Below are positions 1 to 7,727 of a stretch of DNA of 47,801 bases, piece by piece. The stretch is from an uncultured Hyphomicrobiales bacterium (GTDB lineage Bacteria > Pseudomonadota > Alphaproteobacteria > UBA828 > JAPUJA01): assembly GCA_964631625.1 (NCBI GenBank), contig CAZVZP010000001.1:1-47801 (forward strand), read 5' to 3'. A program made the translations under genes and the position numbers. Positions within the stretch are counted from its first letter, which is position 1. Each line of letters begins with the position of its first letter. The notes below the pieces were generated by a model. It saw only the letters and a list, made by a program, of their open reading frames with translations. It was not told where the DNA came from and made no database searches.

Positions 1-39
1 CCGGTCGTTGGATCGCTGAAAGCGATTCCAACTGACCGG
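1..39 (-). terminator. Imperfect long hairpin downstream of the PhyH-family gene (possible terminator or REP-like element, touches window edge)
   Basis: Left arm 1-17 ccggtcgttggatcgct, loop gaa, right arm 21-39 agcgattccaactgaccgg. The arms pair with two single-base bulges. Lies just 3' of the minus-strand stop at 48-50. No clear T-tract. Confidence 0.25.
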
Positions 40-47
40 ATGCTGCT

Positions 48-941
48 CTAGGCCGCACCCTTGCGCAGGCGCTGGCGCACCTCGTCCGGGAGCGGCGAGC
101 CTAGGTCCGCCGCCGCGGTCGTGCCGAAGTCGTCCGTCTCGAGCACGATATGGGGATCCTGCATCTCGACCCAGCCCATAAAAGGTTCCTGGATCGAGTA
201 GCCGATCAGGCGGGCGAGTTCGTCGGGAAGTGTCTTCGCAATCTTGGGCGGCACGACGAGGTACTGGTTTTCTTCCTGACGGAGCCAGCCCAACGAATAA
301 CCCATAATGATACCGATCCGGAATTGATCCTTTGTGCGGTTTGCCCCGCCGCCGTGATAGACCGAGCCGACATAAACTAACGCAGAACCCCGCGGCATCA
401 CGGCGCTCACCCCCTCACTGTCGAGTGGTTGGCGCTCGTCGTCCCACAGGTGACTCTTGGGAACCGCTCGGGTCGCCCCATTCTCCTCCGTATACTCGGT
501 CACCGCCCAAAATGCGTGCAGTAACGCCTCTTTGCCGTTCATGGGATGGGGAAACGGGACGATCGCGTCGTCGCGATGAAGCGGTTGCGTCTTCTCGCCC
601 GGTCCGATGCAGACGGCTTGCGTGACGTGGAGCTGCGGATGGTCGCAGCGATCGCCGAGCGTCTTGTCGGCCAGCGCCCGGAGGAGCGGGTTGAGCGCGA
701 GCTCGCCGCATGCGCGGGATTTGGCGATAAGCGCCGACACGCGCCGGGTCCGGTAGCCGACGAACTCGCCGGTCCCTTCCGGCGTTCTGGCGACCACCGG
801 CCACAGCTCGCTCTCCACCCGGTCCATGACGGCCTGATCGACAAGATTGAGGATTCGCGCGCAACCGTGCTCGCGCAAGACGGCCATAACCTCATCGGCC
901 GAGGCCGTGCCCGGTACAGCGGGAATTTCGAGCTTGCTCAT
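48..941 (-). CDS. Phytanoyl-CoA dioxygenase (PhyH) family Fe(II)/2-oxoglutarate oxygenase
   Basis: 297-aa ORF. ATG at 941 is preceded by GGAAGGGGG. Contains HxD (PLHRDD) and a distal His/Arg (VYHGGGANRT) pattern typical of the PhyH family. Confidence 0.75.
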   Translation of the reverse strand: MSKLEIPAVPGTASADEVMAVLREHGCARILNLVDQAVMDRVESELWPVVARTPEGTGEFVGYRTRRVSALIAKSRACGELALNPLLRALADKTLGDRCDHPQLHVTQAVCIGPGEKTQPLHRDDAIVPFPHPMNGKEALLHAFWAVTEYTEENGATRAVPKSHLWDDERQPLDSEGVSAVMPRGSALVYVGSVYHGGGANRTKDQFRIGIIMGYSLGWLRQEENQYLVVPPKIAKTLPDELARLIGYSIQEPFMGWVEMQDPHIVLETDDFGTTAAADLGSPLPDEVRQRLRKGAA

Positions 942-1093
942 GTCCGCCCCCTTCCGGCGCCTGCCGGCCCGCGATCACCGATTCGAACAGAACAGCGCAA
1001 TCGTAAGGTCGTCCGACAACTCTTTCAACAAGTAACCCCGGACCCCGGGTCCCCTCTCGCGCAGCATTGAGCCGGGCGACGCGCTCTTGCGCG

Positions 1094-2353
1094 TCACGGG
1101 CGGCCGTAACGCTCGTGATACGCCTCGACCGCCTTCTCGAAGCAGGGCATCGGCGCGCTCACGACGCCGGCGCCGATCTGTCCGCCGTCGCGTCCCGCGA
1201 TTCCAATATCCATCACGGGCAGCACACCCGTTTCTTTCACCTTGAAGATGTCGATGCCGGTGGGCGTGCCGCGGTAGCCCAGGAACGGGATGTGAAACTC
1301 GCTGTGCTCGCCCACGGTAATTTTGTAGAGCGAGCGATTGCGCTCGACCATGGCCTCGGCCGAGCCGCCCTGATAGGCCTGCAGCGCGAAGGCGCAGGCC
1401 TGGGCGAAGCCGCCCAAGCCCACGGTCTCGGTGATTGGGCTCTCGCCGCCCATCCAGGTGATCTCGTCCTCGGTGTGCCCTTCGAACAGCTTGGCCTTGA
1501 CCGTGGCGTGCGGGCCGGTGAACCAGGTATCGCCGAGCCCTGAGACGCGGATGGCGAACTCGTGGCACGAGAAGCCCATGGCCGTGACCACGCTCGAACC
1601 CTCGACACCGTGCGCCGCGTCGGCAACGCACTTGGCGGCCGCCATCGAGAGCCGAAGGAAGAAATAGTGATCCTCGGTGAGCGCCGTAATGGTCTTCTCG
1701 ACCGCCGCGCGCTTGCCTTCCGCCAGCGCCAGGAAATGGGGGTAGAGCTCGCGCGTGAACAGCAGAGCGGCCGCGGTGTTGCGGCTGTGCAGCTCATCGC
1801 CCATGTGGAGCGCCCGTTTCATGATCGGTTTCAGCGGCACGCCGCCGGTGCGCCGGATGGCCTCACTCAAGACGGGCGCGACTTCGTTCTGCACGAACAG
1901 GAGCCGCTCGCGCACGTCCTCGTCGTACACGCCGTAGTTCAGGCGGCGCGGATTGGTGCCCTCGTAGAAGTTGCAGTAGCCGACGTTGCCGAACGCCGCA
2001 TTGCGCACGACGAACACCGGCATGGAGGCGGTGTAGATGCCGGCGAGCGAGCCGACGGCGCCATGCCCGTGACAGCCGTCGATTCGGATCTCGCCCGAGG
2101 CGAGCTTGCGCTCGGCCTCCGCCCGGTCCTTGGCCAAGCCCTCGAAGAGCGCGCCGCCGATGATGCCGTTGCGTTGACCGCCCGTATATTTGTCCCACGG
2201 CAGCGGCGGGCCCGAGGTCAGGATCAGGTTCTTGGCCATGCCCGGCAAGACTTCGCTCGCCGGGCGCACGTCCTTAAGAACCGGCTCCGACTCGCACAGC
2301 CGGCGAAAGGTTTCCACATTGGCCCTCTCCCTGTGCGGGGGGATGGCTGCCAT
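1094..2353 (-). CDS. DUF1116 (YlbE-like) protein
   Basis: The ORF track gives 1094..2410. The internal ATG at 2353 (MAAIPPH...) is preceded by AGGAGGAGAG. The protein resembles the YlbE/DUF1116 family (GGALFEGLA..., IDGCHGHGAVGSLAGI, CNFYEGTNP). A 7-bp hairpin GACGCGC-tctt-GCGCGTC sits at 1078-1095 at the stop. Confidence 0.65.
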   Translation of the reverse strand: MAAIPPHRERANVETFRRLCESEPVLKDVRPASEVLPGMAKNLILTSGPPLPWDKYTGGQRNGIIGGALFEGLAKDRAEAERKLASGEIRIDGCHGHGAVGSLAGIYTASMPVFVVRNAAFGNVGYCNFYEGTNPRRLNYGVYDEDVRERLLFVQNEVAPVLSEAIRRTGGVPLKPIMKRALHMGDELHSRNTAAALLFTRELYPHFLALAEGKRAAVEKTITALTEDHYFFLRLSMAAAKCVADAAHGVEGSSVVTAMGFSCHEFAIRVSGLGDTWFTGPHATVKAKLFEGHTEDEITWMGGESPITETVGLGGFAQACAFALQAYQGGSAEAMVERNRSLYKITVGEHSEFHIPFLGYRGTPTGIDIFKVKETGVLPVMDIGIAGRDGGQIGAGVVSAPMPCFEKAVEAYHERYGRP

Positions 2354-2430
2354 TCCGCTCTCCTCCTGACCGATTGAACTGCTGAGATGCCCGCGCCGAA
2401 GCCCGCCCACTCCGATGGCCGGGCCTCCGC

Positions 2431-2847
2431 TTACACGGTGTCGAGCTTGGGCAGCTCGTCCTTGACCTCGAGCCAGGGCACTTTGGATTTGAAGTAGATG
2501 TGCCGGAGCGAAGACTCCGGATGGCCCGGATGCGCGCCGCCGTCGAACGTTCCGGTCGCGACCTCCACGATTTCCGGATGGTCGTCGTCGAGCGCGAAGA
2601 GCTGGCAGCCGCAGGTCTTGCAGAAGTGCCGATGCACCGGGGGCGAGCTATCGAACACCGAGAGGTTATCTTTCCCCTTCTCAAGCACGAATTTGTCCTT
2701 GGCCACATGCGAGAACGTCACCATGACGGTGCCGTGAATCTTGCGGCACATGCTGCAGTGGCAGTGTTCGGTCACGGTTGCCGGGGCGTGAATCGAGTAG
2801 CGCACGGCGCCGCACTGGCAGCCGCCCGTTCTCCTGAACTCGGTCAT
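2431..2847 (-). CDS. GFA/CENP-V family Zn-binding protein, paralog 1 of 7
   Basis: 138 aa from the internal ATG at 2847 (MTEFRRTGGCQCG), with SD GAGGAG 8 nt upstream. Motifs are CQC, HCHCSMCRK, FCKTCGC, and a C-terminal GTFDGGAHPGHP...HIYFKSKVPW. Confidence 0.85.
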   Translation of the reverse strand: MTEFRRTGGCQCGAVRYSIHAPATVTEHCHCSMCRKIHGTVMVTFSHVAKDKFVLEKGKDNLSVFDSSPPVHRHFCKTCGCQLFALDDDHPEIVEVATGTFDGGAHPGHPESSLRHIYFKSKVPWLEVKDELPKLDTV

Positions 2848-2860
2848 GCTTGCTTCTCCT

Positions 2861-3277
2861 CTAGTATTCGTTCTTCTGCGGCAAGTCGTCGGCGATCTTG
2901 AACCACGGCACCTTCGAACCCACGAAGATGTGCTGCTCGCGGTCCTTCGGATGGCCCGGGTGCGCGCCGCCGTCGAGCGTGCCCGTGGCGTAGTAGATGG
3001 CATTCGGCGTCGAATCGATCTCGGTGTAAACCTGACAACCGCAGGTGCGGCAGAAATGCCGGTGGTTGCCGGGCGAGCTTTGGTATTCCGCGAGATTGTC
3101 CGCGCCCCGCTCGATGCGAAAACCGGCGCGCGGCACCTCCGAGAACGTGACGTAGATGGCACCGTGCAGTTTGCGGCACATGGAGCAATGACAATGGCTA
3201 AGCGCGCGCGCCGGCTCGCTCACCACGTAGCGCACGGTGCCGCACTGACAGCCGCCTTTGAGCTCGAACGCCGCCAC
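2861..3277 (-). CDS. GFA/CENP-V family Zn-binding protein, paralog 2 of 7
   Basis: The ORF track gives 2861..3304 (TTG start). GTG at 3277 (VAAFELKGGCQCG) is preceded by GGAAGGAGG and gives 138 aa, like paralog 1. Motifs are CQC, HCHCSMCRK and FCRTCGC. Confidence 0.8.
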   Translation of the reverse strand: MAAFELKGGCQCGTVRYVVSEPARALSHCHCSMCRKLHGAIYVTFSEVPRAGFRIERGADNLAEYQSSPGNHRHFCRTCGCQVYTEIDSTPNAIYYATGTLDGGAHPGHPKDREQHIFVGSKVPWFKIADDLPQKNEY

Positions 3278-3300
3278 GGCAAGCCTCCTTCCCGGAACCC

Positions 3301-3720
3301 TCAAAACTCTTGATTCTGCGGCAAATCGTCGGTGATCGCGTGCCAGGGCACCTTCGAGCCGACGAAGATGTGGCGCAGGCTGTCCCGCGGATGGCCCGGG
3401 TGGGCGCCGCCGTCGAGCGTGCCCGTCGCGAGCTCGACCACGCTCGTGTTGCCCACGAGCTCATCGAAGATATGGCAGCCGCAGCTCTTGCAGAAGTTGC
3501 GCCGGAGCCGCTCCGAGCTCGCGTAGGGCGTGAGATTGTCGGCTCCCCTATCTTGCGTTTACTTTGGGCCCACCACCACCGAGAAGGCGCCGAACATCGC
3601 GCCGTGCACCTTGCGGCACATGGAGCAGTGGCAGAAATGGCTCTCGAGCGCCGGCGCGCGTAGGGTGTAGCGCACCGCGCCGCACAGGCATCCGCCGGTG
3701 AGTCGGAAGTCTTCGGCCAT
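3301..3720 (-). pseudogene. GFA/CENP-V family paralog 3 of 7, interrupted by one in-frame TAA (codon 54, plus-strand tta at 3559-3561)
   Basis: ATG at 3720 gives MAEDFRLTGGCLCG...FCHCSMCRKVHGAMFGAFSVVVGPK, then TAA. The same frame continues TQDRGADNLTPYASSERLRRNFCKSCGCHIF...GTLDGGAHPGHPRDSLRHIFVGSKVPWHAITDDLPQNQEF, then TGA at 3301-3303. All family motifs downstream of the stop are intact. Confidence 0.8.
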
Positions 3721-3730
3721 CGCCCGCGCT

Positions 3731-4147
3731 CTAATACTCCTCCCGTTGCGGCAGGCCGTCGCGCAGCGGATACCAGGGGACCTTGGAGCCCACGAAGATG
3801 TGGTGCAGCTTTTCCCTGTAACCTTCGGGTGCCGCACCGCCATCGAGGGTTGCGACCGAGACGTAGACCTGGCCCGGCATGCCGTCCGCCCGACCCAAAA
3901 TATTGCAGCCACAGGCCTTGCAGAATAGCCGGTGCGTGCCAGGTGAGCTGTCGTAGGTGGCGAGATTGGCCGCCGGCGTCGTGAGCTCGAAATTCTCTTC
4001 CCGATAGCTCGCGTAAGTGCCGAACAGCGCGCCCTGCAGCCTGCGGCACATCGCGCAGTGGCAATGATACATGTCCTCGACCGGCCCCTTCACGCGATAG
4101 CGGACGGCGCCGCATTGGCAGCCGCCAGTCAGAACCCCGTCGCTCAT
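3731..4147 (-). CDS. GFA/CENP-V family Zn-binding protein, paralog 4 of 7
   Basis: 138-aa ORF. ATG at 4147 is preceded by GGGAG. Motifs are CQC, HCHCAMCRR, FCKACGC, and ATLDGGAAPEGY...HIFVGSKVPWY. Confidence 0.85.
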   Translation of the reverse strand: MSDGVLTGGCQCGAVRYRVKGPVEDMYHCHCAMCRRLQGALFGTYASYREENFELTTPAANLATYDSSPGTHRLFCKACGCNILGRADGMPGQVYVSVATLDGGAAPEGYREKLHHIFVGSKVPWYPLRDGLPQREEY

Positions 4148-4220
4148 CTCTCGCTCCCTTTGGCGCCGGTTCCCCCCGGCAACGCTCGCCCATAAAGCCT
4201 AGAGCCCGTGCGCTCCCGGT

Positions 4221-4685
4221 TCAATATCTCTCGTGCTGAGGCAACCCGTCGGCGATGGGGAACCACGGCGACTTGGAGCCCACGAAGATGTGAATCTCTC
4301 TGTCCGCGGGATGACCCGGATGGGCACCGCTATCGAGCGTGCCGGCCGCGAGCCACACCCGATCGGGATAGCCATAGATCGTGATAAAGAGCGGCGAGCC
4401 GCAGGTCGTGCAGAAATGACGCTGCACGACGGCCGAACTCCTGAAAACGCCGAGATCCGCTTCGCTTGGCTGTTCGAGAATGAAGTTCGACTTTCGCACC
4501 CGGGCGAAGCTCGCGAACAGGGCGCCGTGAATCTTCCGGCACATCGAGCAGTGGCAGTGGTCGACCTCAAGCGCCGGTGCCGTGATCCGGTAGCGCACTC
4601 CGCCGCACTGGCAGCCTCCGGCGCGGACAAATTCGGCCTTGCCGGCGTGCTGTTCGGCGACAGCGCCGGCGTCGTCAGTAATCAT
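4221..4685 (-). CDS. GFA/CENP-V family Zn-binding protein, paralog 5 of 7 (CGSPLF variant)
   Basis: 154-aa ORF. The ATG at 4685 lies inside the last codons of paralog 6 (11-nt overlap). Motifs are CQC, HCHCSMCRK and FCTTCGSPLF, so the last Cys of the third motif is replaced. Confidence 0.8.
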   Translation of the reverse strand: MITDDAGAVAEQHAGKAEFVRAGGCQCGGVRYRITAPALEVDHCHCSMCRKIHGALFASFARVRKSNFILEQPSEADLGVFRSSAVVQRHFCTTCGSPLFITIYGYPDRVWLAAGTLDSGAHPGHPADREIHIFVGSKSPWFPIADGLPQHERY

Positions 4686-5097
4686 CGCTTTGTGGCAGAT
4701 CGTCCGCGATCCGATACCACGGCACCTTCGAGCTCACGAACACGTGGCGCACGGGTTCTCGCGGGCTCGGATAGGCGCCACCGTCCAAGGTCGCCGGCGT
4801 GAACCAGAACAGCTCGGGGTAGCGCTCGTCGTCGCCGAACAGATAACAACCGCAGGTCTTGCAGAACATGCGGTGATTGGGCGGCGAGCTGTCGTAGATC
4901 CTCAGGTTGGCCTTGCCCTTGTCGATCGTGATGCCACCGCGCTTCACGGTGCCGAAGGTGACGTAAAGGGCGCCGTGCAGCTTGCGGCACATCTCGCAAT
5001 GGCAGTGATAAAGCTCCCGCGCGGGCTCATGGAGCGTGTAGCGCACGGCGCCGCACTGGCAGCCGCCGTGGAGCGGCTTGAAGGCTTGCTCCGTCAT
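4675..5097 (-). CDS. GFA/CENP-V family Zn-binding protein, paralog 6 of 7
   Basis: The ORF track gives 4675..5118. ATG at 5097 (MTEQAFKPLHGGCQCG) forms an ATGA overlap with the stop of paralog 7. Motifs are CQC, HCHCEMCRK and FCKTCGC. Confidence 0.8.
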   Translation of the reverse strand: MTEQAFKPLHGGCQCGAVRYTLHEPARELYHCHCEMCRKLHGALYVTFGTVKRGGITIDKGKANLRIYDSSPPNHRMFCKTCGCYLFGDDERYPELFWFTPATLDGGAYPSPREPVRHVFVSSKVPWYRIADDLPQSDDY

Positions 5098-5519
5098 CGA
5101 TCGCGGTCCTTGGGCCACTGCTTGAGATCATCGGTAATCGTGAACCATCCCGCCTTCGAGGCGACGAAGATATGAGCCTCCTGCTCGCGCCCGTGGCCGG
5201 GGTGGGCGCCACCGTCGAGAGTGCCGGTGGCGACATCGACGATCGCCTCGCCTCCATCGTAGTCGAAGAACAGAGGCGAGCCGCAATGGCGGCAGAACCT
5301 GCGGCGCACGCCCGGCGAACTGTTATAGGTCGCGAGCGCATCCTGGCCCCGTTCGAGCACAAAGTGATCGCGGGGAAAGGCCGAGTAAGTGGCGAACAGC
5401 GCGCCGTGAACCTTGCGGCACATCGAGCAGTGGCAATGGGTCGTGCGCTCCGCCGGCGCAGCGATGCGATAGCGCACCGCGCCGCATTGACACCCGCCGC
5501 TCCACACCCCCTCGTTCAC
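5094..5519 (-). CDS. GFA/CENP-V family Zn-binding protein, paralog 7 of 7 (CGSPLF variant)
   Basis: The ORF track gives 5094..5546 (TTG start). GTG at 5519 (VNEGVWSGGCQCG) is preceded by AAAGG and matches the N-terminal length of the other copies. Motifs are CQC, HCHCSMCRK and FCRHCGSPLF. Confidence 0.8.
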   Translation of the reverse strand: MNEGVWSGGCQCGAVRYRIAAPAERTTHCHCSMCRKVHGALFATYSAFPRDHFVLERGQDALATYNSSPGVRRRFCRHCGSPLFFDYDGGEAIVDVATGTLDGGAHPGHGREQEAHIFVASKAGWFTITDDLKQWPKDRDR

Positions 5520-5581
5520 GGCCAAGCCTTTCGCGTCCGTCCTCAAAGCATGGGGCGGGCCGGGTTGGAAGGCAAGGCCGC

Positions 5582-6436
5582 CTAGGGCCTCGTGCGCAGG
5601 GTCTGCGCATGATCACGGGCAAACTGCGCGAAGGCGATGGGCGCCCGGCCAACGACGCGCTCGACGTGGTCGCTCGTCGGCTCGTTCTCGCCGCGCCGCA
5701 GCCGCAGGGTGAGATCGACCATCTCCTCGATCCACCAGTCGGGCGCATCGTCGGCGCGAAGCTCCTCCGCGTAGTCGTCGAGCGAAGGCGATTCATACCG
5801 ATAGGGCCGTCCGCTCGCGCGGCTAAGCTCGGCCACCACCTCCTCGTGCGAAAGCGCCGCCGGGCCCGTCGGCGCATAGGTCCGCCCGGCGTGCCCGGGC
5901 TCGAGCAGGGCTTCGACCGCGACCGCGGCAATGTCGCGCGCATCGACGAAGCTCAGGCGCGCCGACCCGGCCGGCAGCCGCACGACTCCGCCCCGCCCGT
6001 ACTCGTAGAGGAAGTTGTCCATGTACCAGTTGGGCCGCAGGTGCACGAACGGAATCCCCGAGCGTTCGAGCAGCCGCTCGCATTCGCCATGGCAGTGGGC
6101 GTAGTTCGCCGAGGCTTGCGGATCGGCGGCCGGCGCCGATAGGCGCACCACGAGCCGCACATCCGCCGCCTTGGCCGCCCTGATGACCTCGGCCTGCGCC
6201 TCGGCCGCATTGGGGCCGTCGAAGGACGTGAGATAGAGCCGCTCCACGCCCCGCATCGCCGCATCGACGGACTTGCGCTCGGCGAAATCGCCGATCGCGA
6301 GCTCGCCCGCACCGGCGAGGTCGGCGGGCAACTTCAAAGCGCTCCGGACAAAGAGGCGGATCGGCAGCCCCCGAGCCCGCAGCGCACGCGCCACCTCGCG
6401 GCCCACCATGCCGCTCGCGCCGGTGACCAGGATCAC
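5582..6436 (-). CDS. NmrA-like NAD(P)-binding (atypical SDR) protein
   Basis: 284-aa ORF. GTG start is preceded by GGGAGGGGAGGAG. N-terminal Rossmann motif ILVTGASGMVGREV. The HLRPNWYMDNF region is typical of NmrA-like proteins. Confidence 0.75.
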   Translation of the reverse strand: MILVTGASGMVGREVARALRARGLPIRLFVRSALKLPADLAGAGELAIGDFAERKSVDAAMRGVERLYLTSFDGPNAAEAQAEVIRAAKAADVRLVVRLSAPAADPQASANYAHCHGECERLLERSGIPFVHLRPNWYMDNFLYEYGRGGVVRLPAGSARLSFVDARDIAAVAVEALLEPGHAGRTYAPTGPAALSHEEVVAELSRASGRPYRYESPSLDDYAEELRADDAPDWWIEEMVDLTLRLRRGENEPTSDHVERVVGRAPIAFAQFARDHAQTLRTRP

Positions 6437-6609
6437 TCCGCTCCTCCCCTCCCGACAGCGATCATTTCATTCCCTCCGCTTTGCTCCGCCCACGCGCGTG
6501 ATCCCCGGTGGGGCGCCAACGCCGACCCCGATCTTCCGGGTGACGGGCCGGCGCGGCGCGGAGTAGACTATGATCGTGGCCCACGATCCCAGGGACCAGG
6601 CAGGACCCC

Positions 6610-6834
6610 ATGCTCTATCTCACGCGCAAGCCCGGCGAAGCCATTATGATCAACGATGCGATCGAGGTCACGGTCATCGAGATCAGGGGCAAGTCGGTCA
6701 AGCTCGGCTTCACCTTCCCGCCGCAGGCGACCGTCCTGCGCAAGGAGATCTTCGAGAAGATCCGCCAGGAGAACATCGAGGCGGCCAAGGCCGCGGCCGA
6801 ACTGAGTCCGCGAGGGGTCAAGCGCGCCGAGTAG
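6610..6834 (+). CDS. csrA: Carbon storage regulator CsrA (RNA-binding translational regulator) with C-terminal extension
   Basis: 74 aa: MLYLTRKPGEAIMINDAIEVTVIEIRGKSVKLGFTFPPQATVLRKEIFEKI..., colinear with CsrA/RsmA. It is the only plus-strand gene between minus-strand neighbours. Confidence 0.9.
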   Translation: MLYLTRKPGEAIMINDAIEVTVIEIRGKSVKLGFTFPPQATVLRKEIFEKIRQENIEAAKAAAELSPRGVKRAE

Positions 6835-6895
6835 GCTGCGGCATGGTCGCGGCCGCCTAAGCCGCCACAGGCGACGTCCCCCGCGCATCCGCGAT

Positions 6896-7717
6896 TCAAG
6901 CGCCGGGCGCGGTCTGCGCGAACTGCTCTTCCGTGCGCCGCGCCTGGGCGCGGGTGATTGTCATGATCTTGTTGCGCAGGTGGATGAAGGCCTCGCTGTC
7001 CTTGATCGAGACGTCGTGCTCGAGCGGCAGGTGATCGGCGACCCTGACCTCCTCGAGGATGATGGCGGGGCGGGCCGAGAAGACCACGATGCGTTCCGAG
7101 AGGAAGATCGCCTCCTCCACGTCGTGGGTCACGAACACCGTGGTCTTGCGTTCCTTGGCGCAGATCTCGAGGAGCTGAATCTGCAGGAATTCGCGGTTCT
7201 GCGCGTCGAGTGCGCCGAAGGGCTCGTCCATGAGCAAGACGTCGGGGCCGGCGGCGAGCGTGCGCGCGATCGCGACCCGCTGGCGCATGCCGCCCGAGAT
7301 CCGGTTGACGTAGAAATCGGCGAACGCCGAGATGCCCACGAGCTCGATGTAGTGCTGCGCGATCTCGTCCTTCCGGGAGCGGCTCAGATCGGTGCGGAAT
7401 TTGAGGCCGAACAGCACGTTCTCGATCACCGTGAGCCAGGGGAAGGACGAATAGGACTGGAAGACCACGCCCTTGCGCCGGTCGGGGCCTTTCACCTCCT
7501 CGCCCTCGAGCAGAATGCGGCCTTTGCTCGGCCGATCGAGCCCGCCAATGATGCGCATGAGCGTGGTCTTGCCGCAGCCCGAGGGCCCCAAGAACGCCAC
7601 GAACTCGCCTTTCGCGATGCCGAGGGACACATCGTCGATGACCTGGATCGGCTCGGGCGCCCGCTCGACGGGGAACCACTTGCCGACGTGATCGATCTCA
7701 AGGAACGGCTCGGGCAT
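6896..7717 (-). CDS. ABC transporter ATP-binding protein (nitrate/sulfonate/taurine-type)
   Basis: 273 aa. Walker A is GPSGCGKTT, signature is ISGGMRQR, Walker B is LLMDEPFGALD. Confidence 0.9.
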   Translation of the reverse strand: MPEPFLEIDHVGKWFPVERAPEPIQVIDDVSLGIAKGEFVAFLGPSGCGKTTLMRIIGGLDRPSKGRILLEGEEVKGPDRRKGVVFQSYSSFPWLTVIENVLFGLKFRTDLSRSRKDEIAQHYIELVGISAFADFYVNRISGGMRQRVAIARTLAAGPDVLLMDEPFGALDAQNREFLQIQLLEICAKERKTTVFVTHDVEEAIFLSERIVVFSARPAIILEEVRVADHLPLEHDVSIKDSEAFIHLRNKIMTITRAQARRTEEQFAQTAPGA

Positions 7718-7727
7718 GCCGGGCTCC

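Noticed and set aside
3559-3561. The in-frame stop as programmed recoding (selenocysteine or pyrrolysine).
   Set aside because: The codon is TAA, not TGA or TAG. No SECIS-like hairpin was seen downstream, and the aligned residue in the paralogs is Phe or Ile, not Cys.
3198-4193. 331-aa ORF spanning GFA paralogs 3 and 4. Similarly, the extended ORFs 2431..3162, 9809..10522, 21684..22805, 25675..26355 and 33120..34040 run long.
   Set aside because: 3198..4193 is an off-frame read. In the others, upstream extensions run through the preceding gene in another frame. Only the portions from the internal starts given in the features match protein families.
2431-5546. A periodic ~430-bp repetition that could be mistaken for a non-coding tandem repeat or CRISPR-like array.
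   Set aside because: The periodicity is entirely explained by seven protein-coding paralogs that have diverged at the DNA level. There are no short identical direct repeats with unique spacers.
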